A stretch of DNA of 64,000 nucleotides, taken from the NCBI GenBank assembly GCA_965220745.1, contig CBDCQT010000012.1:608001-672000 (forward strand), read 5' to 3'. The notes below the pieces were generated by a model. That model did not search any database and was not told the origin of the DNA. It saw only the letters and a list, made by a program, of their open reading frames with translations. The DNA is from Alphaproteobacteria bacterium. Its GTDB lineage: Bacteria > Pseudomonadota > Alphaproteobacteria > UBA828. The position numbers and the translations under genes are program-made. Each line of letters begins with the position of its first letter. Position 1 is the stretch's first letter. Shown one piece after another: positions 1 through 10,000 of this stretch.

Positions 1-2
1 CG

Positions 3-1616
3 GGCGACTTGCCGGACGTGCTGGTCTGCATGAATCCCGCCGCGCTCAAGGTCAATCTCTCCGAGCTCAGGGAAGGCGGCCTGATCATCGTCGATACCGG
101 CACCTTCACCGACAAGAACCTGCAGAAGGCGGGCTACGAGGCCAATCCCCTCGATGACGGCAGCCTCGACCGTTATCGGATCATGGCCATCGACATCTCC
201 AAGCTGACGCTGGAGGCGGTCAAGGAATGCGACGTCTCCAAGAAGGAAGGGCTCCGCGCCAAGAACCTCTGGACCCTCGGCCTGATCTACTGGATGTACG
301 ACCGCGACGTGGCGGCGACGGTGGAGTGGCTCGGCACCAAGTTCAAGAAGCTGCCCAACATCGCGGCCGCGAATATTGCTTGCCTCAAGGCGGGCCATGC
401 CTTCGGCGAGACGGCCGAGCTGCCGGACGGCGCATTGGTCTACGAGATCAAGCCCGCGACCTTCCGGCCGGGACTCTACCGCACCGTTACCGGGACCGAA
501 GCGCTGGCCTGGGGCCTCGTGGCGGGATCGCAGCTCGCCGGACTCAAGCTGGTGTTCAGCTCCTACCCGATCACGCCGGCGTCCTCCGTGTTGCACGTGC
601 TCTCCCGGCTCAAGGCCTATGACGTGGTGACCTTCCAGGCCGAGGACGAGATCGCCGCGGCCGGCGCTGCGATCGGTGCGTCTTACGCCGGCGCCCTCGG
701 CGTCACCTCGAGCTCAGGCCCCGGCGTCGCGCTCAAGACCGAAGCACTCGGTCTCGCGATCACCGCCGAGCTGCCGCTGATCCTGATCAATTCTCAGCGT
801 GCCGGCCCGTCCACGGGCATGCCGACCAAGACCGAGCAGTCCGACCTCTACCTCGCCGTCTACGGACGCAACGCCGATGCGCCGCTGGTGGTACTCGCGG
901 CGCGCTCGTCGGCCGAAGCGTTCGATGTCGCCATCGAGGCGGTGCGCCTCGCCACCCGCTACATGACCCCGGTGGTGGTGCTGTCCGATACCTTCATCGC
1001 GAACGCGGCGGAGCCGTGGCGGCTGCCCGACGTCGGTACGCTCGAGCCCTTCCCGGTGGCGTTCCACACCGATGCGGAGGGCTTCCAGCCCTACCGGCGG
1101 GACGCGGAGACGCTGGCGCGGCGCTGGGTGAAGCCCGGCACGCCGGGTCTCGAGCACCGCATTGGCGGGCTCGAGAAGGACTACACGACGGGCAACGTCT
1201 CCTACGACCCCGAGAACCATCAGCGCATGACCGACGTGCGGCACGAGAAGATCGCCCGCATCGCGGACGACATTCCCGAGCAGGAGGTCGATCAGGGACC
1301 CGCGCAAGGCCCGCTTGCGGTGGTCGGCTGGGGCTCGACCTACGGGCCGATCAGCCGGGCCGTCGAGCGCAGCCGGGAGGCGGGCATCAGCGTCTCCCAC
1401 ATTCACCTGCGCTACCTCAACCCGTTGCCGCGCAACCTGGGCGATCTGCTCGGAGATTTCGACAAGGTGCTGGTGCCCGAGATGAACATGGGCCAGCTCA
1501 CCACTGTGCTGCGCAGCCGCTACCTGGTGCCGGCCGAGAGCGTGCCCAAGGTCACTGGCAAGCCCTTCAAGATCGCCGAGATCATGGACGCGATCAGCGC
1601 CCATTCGGAGGCATGA
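3..1616 (+). CDS. korA: 2-oxoacid:acceptor (ferredoxin) oxidoreductase subunit alpha, 5' end outside the window
   Basis: YPITPAS, QAEDEIAA, QRAGPSTGMPTKTEQ, EHRIGGLE and VPEMNMGQL motifs; frame open from the window edge; followed by the beta subunit. Confidence 0.93.
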   Translation, partial: GDLPDVLVCMNPAALKVNLSELREGGLIIVDTGTFTDKNLQKAGYEANPLDDGSLDRYRIMAIDISKLTLEAVKECDVSKKEGLRAKNLWTLGLIYWMYDRDVAATVEWLGTKFKKLPNIAAANIACLKAGHAFGETAELPDGALVYEIKPATFRPGLYRTVTGTEALAWGLVAGSQLAGLKLVFSSYPITPASSVLHVLSRLKAYDVVTFQAEDEIAAAGAAIGASYAGALGVTSSSGPGVALKTEALGLAITAELPLILINSQRAGPSTGMPTKTEQSDLYLAVYGRNADAPLVVLAARSSAEAFDVAIEAVRLATRYMTPVVVLSDTFIANAAEPWRLPDVGTLEPFPVAFHTDAEGFQPYRRDAETLARRWVKPGTPGLEHRIGGLEKDYTTGNVSYDPENHQRMTDVRHEKIARIADDIPEQEVDQGPAQGPLAVVGWGSTYGPISRAVERSREAGISVSHIHLRYLNPLPRNLGDLLGDFDKVLVPEMNMGQLTTVLRSRYLVPAESVPKVTGKPFKIAEIMDAISAHSEA

Positions 1617-1617
1617 G

Positions 1618-2649
1618 ATGAACGATACGGTCGCGATCCCCGCGCTGACGCCGCAGGACTTCACCTCCGACCAGGAGGTCCGCTGGTGCCCCGGCTGCGG
1701 CGACTACGCCATCATCAAGGCGGTGCGCAAGGCGCTCGCCGAAATCGGTACCGACACCAAGGACGTGGTGTTCGTCTCCGGCATCGGCTGCGCGGCGCGC
1801 TTTCCCTATTACATGGACACCTACGGGTTCCACACCATCCATGGCCGCGCACCAGCGATCGCGACCGGGGTGAAGCTCGCCAATCCCGAGCTCGATGTCT
1901 GGGTGGTCTCGGGCGACGGCGACGGCCTCTCGATCGGCGGCAACCACACGCTGCACGCCCTGCGCCGCAACGTCGACCTGAACATCCTGCTGTTCAACAA
2001 CGAGATCTACGGCCTAACCAAGGGCCAGTACTCGCCGACCTCGCGCGAGGGCACGCGCTCGCCGTCGACACCGCTCGGCTCGGTCGACCATCCCTTGTCC
2101 GCGACCCGCTTTGCGCTTGGCGCCGGGGCGCGCTTCGTCGCCCGCGCGGTCGATACCGACCAAAAGCGGCTCCCCGACATCCTCAAGGCGGCGCATGCGC
2201 ACAAGGGGACCTCGTTCCTCGAGATCTTCCAGAACTGCATCGTCTACAACGACGGCGCGTTCGACGCGTTTGCCGAGCGGAAGAACGCGCCCGAGACGCA
2301 GATCTTCCTGGAGCACGGCAAGCCGCTGATCTTCGGTAAGGAGCGGGACCGCGGGCTCCGGCTCGCGCCCGGCACTTTCTCGCTGGAGGTGGTGCCGCTC
2401 GGCGAAGGCGGCGTGGACGAGTCCGAGCTCCTGGTTCACGACCAGACCAACCGGCCGCTCGCCGGCATCCTGGCGGAGATGGAGCCGCCGGACTTCCCCA
2501 TGGCGCTCGGCGTGCTCTTCTGTAGCCCGGAAGAGAGCTACGAGGCGGCGGTCTATGCGCAGATCGAGGACGCCAAGGCAAAATCCAAGGCCGACGGAAT
2601 CGACGCTCTGCTGCGGACCGGCCATACCTGGACAGTCGAGGCGCGCTGA
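1618..2649 (+). CDS. korB: 2-oxoacid:ferredoxin oxidoreductase subunit beta
   Basis: WCPGCGD, SGIGC, HTIHGRA, TPP motif GDGDGLSIGGNH...NNEIYGLTKGQ. Confidence 0.93.
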   Translation: MNDTVAIPALTPQDFTSDQEVRWCPGCGDYAIIKAVRKALAEIGTDTKDVVFVSGIGCAARFPYYMDTYGFHTIHGRAPAIATGVKLANPELDVWVVSGDGDGLSIGGNHTLHALRRNVDLNILLFNNEIYGLTKGQYSPTSREGTRSPSTPLGSVDHPLSATRFALGAGARFVARAVDTDQKRLPDILKAAHAHKGTSFLEIFQNCIVYNDGAFDAFAERKNAPETQIFLEHGKPLIFGKERDRGLRLAPGTFSLEVVPLGEGGVDESELLVHDQTNRPLAGILAEMEPPDFPMALGVLFCSPEESYEAAVYAQIEDAKAKSKADGIDALLRTGHTWTVEAR

Positions 2650-2702
2650 TCGCCGATCCCGCCGCCCCGGCACCCCGTCACTGACTGGCCCATGAGGCTG
2701 CG

Positions 2703-3419
2703 ATGATCGAAGCCTTGATCTTCGACGTCTTCGGCACGGTGGTCGACTGGCGCACCGGCGTTGCCCGCGAGGTCGAAGCCTTCTTCGCGGAGTCGGATCG
2801 GACGGTCGATCCCGTCGCCTTTGCCGATTCGTGGCGGGCCAAGTACCAGCCATCGATGGAGGAAATCCGCTCCGGTCGGCGCGGCTACACGGTGCTCGAC
2901 GTGCTTCATCGCGAGAACCTGGACGCGACGCTCGCTGAGTTCGGGCTCGACGACGCCGTGGACGACGAGGGCCGCGCGCGCCTCAACCGGGCGTGGGAGA
3001 AGCTGCCGCCCTGGCCGGATGTGGCGCCGGGGCTGGAGGCTCTGCACGGCCGCTATCTGCTCGCGCCCTGCTCCAACGGCTCGATCGGGATGATGGCGCG
3101 GCTTGCGCGCTTCGCCGGGCTGCCTTGGGACGCCATCGTCGGCGCCGATATCGCGCACGACTACAAGCCGCAGGCTGCGGTCTACACCGCCTCTGCCGCT
3201 GCGCTCGGCCTCGCACCCGAGGCGGTGATGATGGTCGCCGCGCACAACTTCGACCTCGCGGCCGCGCGCGCAGCAGGACTCAAGACGGCCTTCGTGTCGC
3301 GTCCTGATGAATACGGCGATGGCCCGGTCGGCACCCCCGATCTCGCCCCCAGCGACGACTGGGACGCCGTGGTGCCCGACTTCGTGGCCCTCGCCCGGCA
3401 GATGGGGGCGGCGGAGTAA
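2703..3419 (+). CDS. Haloacid dehalogenase type II (HAD superfamily)
   Basis: FDVFGTVVDW motif I, SNG, YKP, MVAAHNFDL. Confidence 0.88.
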   Translation: MIEALIFDVFGTVVDWRTGVAREVEAFFAESDRTVDPVAFADSWRAKYQPSMEEIRSGRRGYTVLDVLHRENLDATLAEFGLDDAVDDEGRARLNRAWEKLPPWPDVAPGLEALHGRYLLAPCSNGSIGMMARLARFAGLPWDAIVGADIAHDYKPQAAVYTASAAALGLAPEAVMMVAAHNFDLAAARAAGLKTAFVSRPDEYGDGPVGTPDLAPSDDWDAVVPDFVALARQMGAAE

Positions 3420-3440
3420 CTTCCGGGAATTATCCCGGTC

Positions 3441-3626
3441 CTATCGTTCAGCCTGTACTTTGGACTGATCGAGAGGATGGTGCTCGGCTTCCCATGCCTC
3501 CACGAGCGCCACCAGAGTGTCGAGACGATCGCCCTCCGGGGTGTTGGGCTTTGCCGCCATCAGGCTCTCGATCTCCTCCAAGGCGCGTTGGTGGTCCCGT
3601 TCGCTTTTGATCGGTTCGATACTCAT
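3441..3626 (-). CDS. 61-aa protein matching only the N-terminal part of HigA-type antitoxin/regulators (no HTH)
   Basis: MSIEPIKSERDHQRALEEIESLM...TPEGDRLDTLVALVEAWEAEHHP resembles the HigA N-terminal pattern; stops before any HTH. Confidence 0.7.
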   Translation of the reverse strand: MSIEPIKSERDHQRALEEIESLMAAKPNTPEGDRLDTLVALVEAWEAEHHPLDQSKVQAER

Positions 3627-3636
3627 GACTCGATAC

Positions 3637-4437
3637 TCACTCTTGGGTCGGTATATGGCCGTGGCGGGCCAGGAATTCGAGCACGTAGGTGGGCAGGCCG
3701 AAGTCCACGAGGTCGGCGTGGTCGGCTTCGGGGATGAACATAGCTTCCTTGGGCGCGCGCGCGCGTTTGTGGAGCTTGCGCGCGAGGCGCACGGGGATGG
3801 TGCGGTCGCGCTCCCCGTGCACGATGAGGACAGGCGCTGCAATCTTGCCGATCTTGGCGGCCGAATCGAAGCGGTCCACGATCAGCGGGCCGACTGGAAG
3901 CAGCGGGAAGCGGCCCGAGGCGATATCCACGACCGAGCTGAAGGGAGCTTCGAGCACCAGGGCCGCGGGTGAGGCCTCGCGTGCGAGGTGGACCGCGACG
4001 CCGGTGCCCAGGGATTCGCCGTAGAGGACCTGGTGCTCGTCGCCTGCACCCTGCGCCCGGAGGAAGGCCCGCGCGGCTCGCCCGTCGGCGTAGAGCCCGT
4101 CTTCGGTCGGCGTGCCGGGGTTGCCGCTGTAGCCGCGCCAGGTGGTGAGCAGGACACCGAGCCCGGCGTTGAGATAGGCCCGCACCTTGAAGCCCCGCAT
4201 ACCGATGTGGCCGGCATTGCCGTGGAAATAGATCAGGCTCGGTGTGTCCGCGGCGCGGGGCGGGGCATACCAGGCGAGCAGCGAGAGCCCGTCCTCGGTC
4301 TCGAGCGTGACGGGCGCAAGCTCGGGAACGTCCGACTCGGCCGGCGTCGGCCGGGTCCGGTCGGGATAGTAGGTGAGCGAGCGCTGGAACGCCGCCACCG
4401 GACCGGGTGGTCCATGACGCCAGAGCCATCCGAGCAT
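3637..4437 (-). CDS. Alpha/beta hydrolase
   Basis: FHGNAG, RGYSG, nucleophile elbow GESLG, HGERD, C-terminal His (ADH). Confidence 0.88.
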   Translation of the reverse strand: MLGWLWRHGPPGPVAAFQRSLTYYPDRTRPTPAESDVPELAPVTLETEDGLSLLAWYAPPRAADTPSLIYFHGNAGHIGMRGFKVRAYLNAGLGVLLTTWRGYSGNPGTPTEDGLYADGRAARAFLRAQGAGDEHQVLYGESLGTGVAVHLAREASPAALVLEAPFSSVVDIASGRFPLLPVGPLIVDRFDSAAKIGKIAAPVLIVHGERDRTIPVRLARKLHKRARAPKEAMFIPEADHADLVDFGLPTYVLEFLARHGHIPTQE

Positions 4438-4446
4438 GGTTCAACG

Positions 4447-4482
4447 AAAAGGGCACCGGGCGTTGGCGGCCCGGTGCCCTTT
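4447..4482 (-). terminator. Rho-independent terminator after the YccA-family gene
   Basis: Inverted repeat AAAGGGCACCGGG...CCCGGTGCCCTTT with a U tract on the minus strand, just downstream of the stop at 4503. Confidence 0.7.
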
Positions 4483-4502
4483 GTCCCTATCCGGCCGCGC
4501 CG

Positions 4503-5219
4503 CTATTCGCGTGCGGCACCAAAGAGATGCAGCAGCAGGATGAAGATGTTGATGAAGTTGAGATAGAGCGAGAGCGCGCCCATCACCGACTTCTTCACCA
4601 TGACCGCCTGGCCGTCGGTCTCGCGGTAGACGTCCTTGATCCGCTGGGTGTCGTAGGCAGTGAGCCCGAGGAAGACCAGCACGCCGATCACCGAGATCAC
4701 GAAGTGAAGCAGCTCCGACTGCAGGAAGATGTTCACCACCATCGCGATGATGACGCCGATCAGGCCCATGAACAGGAACGAGCCCCACGAGACCAGCGAG
4801 CGCTTGGTGGTGTAGCCGTAAAGGCTCATCGCGCCGAACATGCCCATGGTGATGAAGAACACGCGGACGATGCTGGTCGCCGTGTAGGCCATGAAGATGT
4901 AGGAGAGCGAGGCCCCCATCAGGATCGAGAAGGCCCAGAACAACCACTGCGCCGTGGTGTGCTTCATGTTCTGGATCTTGATTCCTAAGAAGAACACGAT
5001 GCCGAGCGGAGCCAGCATGACCACGAAGCCGAGGCCCGAGCCGTAGAGCACGTTGAAGAGCCCGGTATTGGCGATGATGTAGGCCGTGACGCCCGTGAGG
5101 GCGAGGCCCGAGGCCATGTAGTTGTAGACCCGGAGCATGTAGCTCCGGAGACCCTGGTCGACCTGTGCCTGGGTCAGAGTCGTGCCAGCGAACGGCTGAC
5201 CTTGCGTCCCGAGTGCCAT
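4503..5219 (-). CDS. Bax inhibitor-1/YccA family membrane protein
   Basis: GLRSYMLRVYNYMASGL, GYTTKR, LTAYDTQRIK, GALSLYLNFINIF; multiple TM helices. Confidence 0.93.
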   Translation of the reverse strand: MALGTQGQPFAGTTLTQAQVDQGLRSYMLRVYNYMASGLALTGVTAYIIANTGLFNVLYGSGLGFVVMLAPLGIVFFLGIKIQNMKHTTAQWLFWAFSILMGASLSYIFMAYTATSIVRVFFITMGMFGAMSLYGYTTKRSLVSWGSFLFMGLIGVIIAMVVNIFLQSELLHFVISVIGVLVFLGLTAYDTQRIKDVYRETDGQAVMVKKSVMGALSLYLNFINIFILLLHLFGAARE

Positions 5220-5340
5220 CGAAGCGTCCTCTAGTGCCGCAAACTGTCGGATTCGAAGACTCATATTAGGTAGCCCGCGGCTCACTTTCAACGCCTGGGC
5301 GAATTACAATTTCTCCAGCAGCGAGCCTGCAGGCGGCCGA

Positions 5341-6105
5341 TCAGGTCGCCGGCGGAGGGCTTCCCGCGGTCCCCAGCGGGGATACCGGCGTGTTGAGTTT
5401 GCGGTAGGCGACCGAGACCACCGCCACCGGGATGCTCACGGTGAGGAAGGTCAGCGCGTTGAAGAAGGACACCATCGCGCCCGGTCCGAACGTGGCGAGA
5501 ATCAAAGATCCGAGCACGCCGCCGAGCAGGAACAGGATGACGGTAATCGCCACGAAGGAGAGCAGAATCGCGCCTACGAGCTGAAGCGTGGCGCCGCGCA
5601 GCTTGCGCCGGGCGGCGAGGAGCCCCTGGTACTCGTCGACCGCCGTCGCCGGAAAGGCCAGCGCGAACGGTGCGGCGACGAAGAGCGTGATCAGCAGCAG
5701 CACCAGGACCAGCAGCAGGTCCTGCGCCTGCATCGCGACCAGGATGATCTCCTGCGGCAGCAGGAAGAGAATGAGCCGGCCGAAATACTTCACGTCCCGC
5801 ATGCCGGGCCAGAACTGGACCGGCACGCTCGTATCCCGCGTCCCCAGCAGCAGGTAGCGGTGCCAGGCGACCGCGAACACCGAGAGCAGGAAGAGCCGGG
5901 CGAGCGCGTGGATGACCAGCAGCTCTTCGGAGGCCATGGACTCGAGGTCGAGTCGCATCACCGCCGGCAGCAGCACCGCCAGCACCATCGGCGCCAGCGC
6001 GAGCCCGAGCATGGTACGGAAATTGCGGAAGGTGAGTCGGAAGGCCTCACCGACCGTTTCATACACCCTGAGCCTCGGCGGCGAGGGGGCTCCGTGGCCG
6101 TACAT
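5341..6105 (-). CDS. Hypothetical polytopic membrane protein
   Basis: 254 aa, about 6 hydrophobic segments, FAVAWHRYLLLG motif; ATG abuts the stop of the upstream permease. Confidence 0.7.
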   Translation of the reverse strand: MYGHGAPSPPRLRVYETVGEAFRLTFRNFRTMLGLALAPMVLAVLLPAVMRLDLESMASEELLVIHALARLFLLSVFAVAWHRYLLLGTRDTSVPVQFWPGMRDVKYFGRLILFLLPQEIILVAMQAQDLLLVLVLLLITLFVAAPFALAFPATAVDEYQGLLAARRKLRGATLQLVGAILLSFVAITVILFLLGGVLGSLILATFGPGAMVSFFNALTFLTVSIPVAVVSVAYRKLNTPVSPLGTAGSPPPAT

Positions 6106-8628
6106 CTATTCCACTCGCAGGAGGGGCGCGGCCTTGCGGCCGAGCGCGCGCCATGTGCTCGCGAATCCGAGAACGAGCGTCATGGTTATACAGGCTGCGG
6201 CGGTCACGGCCACATATTCGGGCAGGAAGCGCCATTGCAGGTCGAGCACCTGGGTCACGAAGGCCCAGGCGGCCAACGTGCCGATGCCGATGGCGAGCCC
6301 GGCGATGGCGCAGCCGAGCAGGATGTGCTCGGCGAGGAAGGCGCGCAGCAGGTCCCCCCGCCGGGCGCCCAGCACCTTGAAGACGACCGCGTCGTGGACC
6401 CGGCGCTCGTGGCCGGCGGCGGTTGCGCCCGCCAGCACCAGCAGGCCCGCCGCCACCGTCAATCCGGCCACCGCCTGAATTGCCGCGCCGACTCGTCCCA
6501 TGAGTTCGTCCAAGGCCTCGATGATCGCGCGTATGGGGATCGCCGTGATGTTGGCGAAGCGCTCCGTCACCGCGCGCTCGAGCACGGGTTCCGCCTCCGG
6601 TGTCGCGTGCGCGGTGGCGAGCTGCGTCTGCGGCGCTCCCTCCAGGACTCCGGGCGAGAATATCACGAGGAAGTTGATATCGAAGGCAGTCCAGTCGACC
6701 CGGCGCAGACTCGCGACCTCGGCCGTGAACTCGCGCCCGAGCACGTTGATCGAGAGGGTGTCGCCCAACTCCAACCCAAAGTCGAGCGCCTCCTCTTCGG
6801 CGAGCGAGACCAGCGGCGGCCCGTCGTAGTCGGAGGGCCACCATTCGCCCGCGACGATCTCCGCATTGGGCGGCGCCTCGGCGGCGTAGCTGAGGCCGAT
6901 ATCGCTCTGCACCACCCATTCCGAGCCCGGCGCGACCTTGGCGTCCCGCACCGGGACGCCGTCGATGCGGACGACTCGGCCGCGCAGCATCGGCACCCGG
7001 CGGCCATAGTCGACGCCCGCAGTCTCTTCGATCAGCCGCTCGAACGGCGCGATCTGCTGCTTCTGGATATCGAGGAAGAAGAATGCCGGCCGCTCGTCGT
7101 TGCGCTGCTCGCTGAGCATCGCGCCGAGATTGCCCTCGACCAGCGCGATCGAGACCAGGACCGCGAGTCCGGTGCCCAAGGACATCGCGACAGGAACCGT
7201 GGGCGCCCCCGGCCGCGCCAGATTGGCGAAGCCCAGCCTCAGCGCGGGGAGCCGCCGCGGGCGCGTGCGCCGTGCCAGGACGACCACCAGGGCCGCCGCT
7301 GCCCTGAAGATCGCAAGCGCCACCGGCGCGCCCAGGACGAAGCCCAGCGCGATGCTCATGCGCGGTGCGGTGCCGACGGCGATGCCGGCAAGCGCCAGCG
7401 CGGCGAGCGCCGTGCCCATGATCGCCACGAGGGGCGGCCAGCCCGAGGCCGGCGCGGCGGCACCGCGAAAGAGCACGCCGGGGCGGGTCCGCGCGGCGCG
7501 GCCGAGCGGCCAGAGCGAGAAAGCGAGCATGGTCAGCGCGCCATAGGCTGCGGCGAGGGCGAGCGGCGCCCCGTGGATCACGCCCGCCAGCGGCACCGGC
7601 AGCGTGTCGCCGAACAGGGCGGAGAGGACGGGCGGTGCCGCAGCGCCGAGGATCAGACCCGCCGCGATGGCCCCGAGCCCGAGCACGCCAAGCTGGAGCA
7701 GGAAGGCGCGTTGCACAGTGGCCTGCGTCGCGCCCACGCACTTGAGCGCCGCGATGGTGTGCAGCTTGCCGTGCAGGTGGCTCGAGACGGCGCTGGCGAC
7801 GCCAATGCCGCCGACCAGCAGAGCGGCGAGGCCCGCGAGGGTGAGGAACAGCCCGACCCGGTCGAGCTGGCGCCGGAGCGACGGGTTGGCGTCGCGGGTA
7901 TCGCGCAGTCGCCAGACTGCATCGGGAAATGCCGTCTCCAGGCCCGCCACCCAGCCCCCGACTGCCGTGCCGTCGGGCACGAGCGCGCGGTAGCGGTGCC
8001 GCACCAGGGTGCCCGGCCGCACCAACTGCGTCTCTTGCAGCGACGCGTGGTCCATCATCAGGCGGGGGCCGAGCGCGATGCCGCCGGTGAGCCGGTCGGG
8101 CTCGCGCACGAGCACGCCGCGTACCGTTAGGAGCGCCGCGCCGATCCGGACCCTGTCGCCAATGCCGATGCCGAGGCGGTCGAGCAATCCCTTGTCGACC
8201 GCAGCACCCCCATCGGCCAACGCGTCCGCGAGCGTCGTGCCGTCCTCCAGGCGCGCTCGATCGACCAGCGGATAGGCGCCGTCCACCGCCTTGAGCTCGA
8301 CCAGCGAGCGGTGCGCGCCGTCCTCGTCGCGGGCCATGCCGCGCATGGTGACGACATGCGAGAGCGCGGCGGTGTTCGCCTCGAGGTAGGCCATCGGCTC
8401 CTGGGCGAGCGGTTGCGAGAATTGGACCAGCTCGACATCGCCGCCGAGGATCATGCGGGCATCGCGGGCGAGACCGGCCTTGAGCGCCTCGCCGAGCGAG
8501 CCGACGGCGGCGGTAATGCCGACGCCCAGGATCAGACAGGCGAGGAAGACGCGGAAACCGCGCACGCCCCCGCGCAGCTCGCGCCGGGCGATGCGCCACG
8601 AGGCCGGCGCCTGAAAGGGCAGTACCAT
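6106..8628 (-). CDS. ABC transporter permease, YbbP/FtsX-like
   Basis: 840 aa; ARRELRGG, LGGDVEL, IAALKCVGA, PAFFFLDIQ, VFKVLGA; adjacent to ATPase and tesA. Confidence 0.9.
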   Translation of the reverse strand: MVLPFQAPASWRIARRELRGGVRGFRVFLACLILGVGITAAVGSLGEALKAGLARDARMILGGDVELVQFSQPLAQEPMAYLEANTAALSHVVTMRGMARDEDGAHRSLVELKAVDGAYPLVDRARLEDGTTLADALADGGAAVDKGLLDRLGIGIGDRVRIGAALLTVRGVLVREPDRLTGGIALGPRLMMDHASLQETQLVRPGTLVRHRYRALVPDGTAVGGWVAGLETAFPDAVWRLRDTRDANPSLRRQLDRVGLFLTLAGLAALLVGGIGVASAVSSHLHGKLHTIAALKCVGATQATVQRAFLLQLGVLGLGAIAAGLILGAAAPPVLSALFGDTLPVPLAGVIHGAPLALAAAYGALTMLAFSLWPLGRAARTRPGVLFRGAAAPASGWPPLVAIMGTALAALALAGIAVGTAPRMSIALGFVLGAPVALAIFRAAAALVVVLARRTRPRRLPALRLGFANLARPGAPTVPVAMSLGTGLAVLVSIALVEGNLGAMLSEQRNDERPAFFFLDIQKQQIAPFERLIEETAGVDYGRRVPMLRGRVVRIDGVPVRDAKVAPGSEWVVQSDIGLSYAAEAPPNAEIVAGEWWPSDYDGPPLVSLAEEEALDFGLELGDTLSINVLGREFTAEVASLRRVDWTAFDINFLVIFSPGVLEGAPQTQLATAHATPEAEPVLERAVTERFANITAIPIRAIIEALDELMGRVGAAIQAVAGLTVAAGLLVLAGATAAGHERRVHDAVVFKVLGARRGDLLRAFLAEHILLGCAIAGLAIGIGTLAAWAFVTQVLDLQWRFLPEYVAVTAAACITMTLVLGFASTWRALGRKAAPLLRVE

Positions 8629-8634
8629 CGGGCC

Positions 8635-9318
8635 TCAGCCCTCGGCGGGCGCCACGATCCGCCCGTCGGCGATATGCACCATGCGGTCGCAGCGCGCGGC
8701 GAGGTCGTGATCGTGGGTAACGAGGATCAGCGTCGAGCCTCCCACGGCGCGCATGCGGAAGAGTTCCCCCATCACCGCATCCCCGGTCTCGCCGTCGAGG
8801 TTGCCGGTGGGCTCGTCGGCAAGCAGCACGTCCGGTTGCGGCACGAAGGCCCGGGCAAGCGCCACGCGCTGCTGCTCGCCGCCGGAGAGCTGGCTCGGGT
8901 AATGCTGCACGCGCTCGCCGAGGCCGACGCTCGCCAGCGCCTCCCGCGCAGCGCCGAAGGGGTCGCCGTGGCTGCCGAGTTCCAGGGGCAGCGCGACGTT
9001 CTCCAGCGCCGTCATGGTCGGGATCAGGTGGAATGCCTGAAACACGATGCCGACGGCGCTGCGCCTGAAGGCGGCGAGGTCGCTCTCGCCCAGGCCGCCG
9101 ATGTCGGTGCCGCTCACGACGATGCGGCCCTGGTCCGCCCGCTCCAGGCCCGCGATGATCGCGAGCAGGGTCGACTTGCCGGCGCCGGACGGCCCGAGCA
9201 CGGCGATGCTCTCGCTTCGCTCTGCGGTGAGCGAGACGCCCCGCAGAATGTTGACGGGACCAGCCTTGCTGGTCAGGGTGAGGTGCACGTCATCCAGCAC
9301 CACCGCCGGATCGCTCAT
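8635..9318 (-). CDS. ABC transporter ATP-binding protein, YbbA-like
   Basis: Walker A GPSGAGKS, LSGGEQQR, LADEPTGNLD, VTHD. Confidence 0.92.
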   Translation of the reverse strand: MSDPAVVLDDVHLTLTSKAGPVNILRGVSLTAERSESIAVLGPSGAGKSTLLAIIAGLERADQGRIVVSGTDIGGLGESDLAAFRRSAVGIVFQAFHLIPTMTALENVALPLELGSHGDPFGAAREALASVGLGERVQHYPSQLSGGEQQRVALARAFVPQPDVLLADEPTGNLDGETGDAVMGELFRMRAVGGSTLILVTHDHDLAARCDRMVHIADGRIVAPAEG

Positions 9319-9976
9319 GTCATCCCGCCGCTCCTCCGGCCGCGTCATATCGTGGATCGGAGCCGCCTTGTGCGCGTGGCTCCTGCTGCTCGGCCCGGTG
9401 TCGGGCGCCGCCGAGGAGCCCCGAATCGCCGTGCTGGGGGACAGCCTGACCGCCGGCTTCGGATTGCCGCGCGAGGACGCCTTCCCGGCGCGTCTGGAGG
9501 CCGCGCTCAGGGCCAAGGGCCACGCCTGGCAGGTGATCGACGCCGGGGTCTCCGGCGACACCAGCGCCGGCGGGCTGGCGCGGCTCGACTGGGTGCTCGC
9601 CGACGAGCCGGAGGTCGTGATCGTCGAGCTCGGCGCCAACGACGGTCTGCGCGGGCTGCCGACGGAGCAGATGGAGGCCAATCTCGACGCGATCCTGACG
9701 CAAGTGCGCGACTCCGGCGCGGCGACGCTGCTCGCCGGCATGCGTGCGCCGGCCAACTTCGGCCCCGACTATGAAGCCGCGTTCCACGCCGTCTATGAGC
9801 GCCTCGCCGCCAGGCATGGGGTGGCGTTCTATCCGTTCTTTCTCGAAGGGGTGGCCATGGAGCCCGACCTCAACCAGTCGGACGGTATCCATCCCAACGC
9901 GGCCGGCGTGGCCGAGATCGTGCGGCGCATCCTGCCCCATGTGGTGGCCGTCATCGCCCGGCACAAGGGCGGCTGA
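9317..9976 (+). CDS. tesA: Arylesterase / acyl-CoA thioesterase I (SGNH hydrolase) with signal peptide
   Basis: GDSLTAG, AGVSGDTS, ELGANDGLRG, DGIHPN; divergent from the ybbA-like gene. Confidence 0.9.
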   Translation: MSSRRSSGRVISWIGAALCAWLLLLGPVSGAAEEPRIAVLGDSLTAGFGLPREDAFPARLEAALRAKGHAWQVIDAGVSGDTSAGGLARLDWVLADEPEVVIVELGANDGLRGLPTEQMEANLDAILTQVRDSGAATLLAGMRAPANFGPDYEAAFHAVYERLAARHGVAFYPFFLEGVAMEPDLNQSDGIHPNAAGVAEIVRRILPHVVAVIARHKGG

Positions 9977-10000
9977 AGGGCAGGGGAGGGGGCACGACCG

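Noticed and set aside
9316-9319. Overlapping divergent start codons of the ybbA-like gene and tesA
   Set aside because: Real, but the divergent close-packed tesA/ybbA arrangement is already known
5860-9774. Long plus-strand ORFs (756 and 487 aa) opposite the ybbAP-like genes
   Set aside because: Antisense shadows of high-GC coding sequence with no motifs
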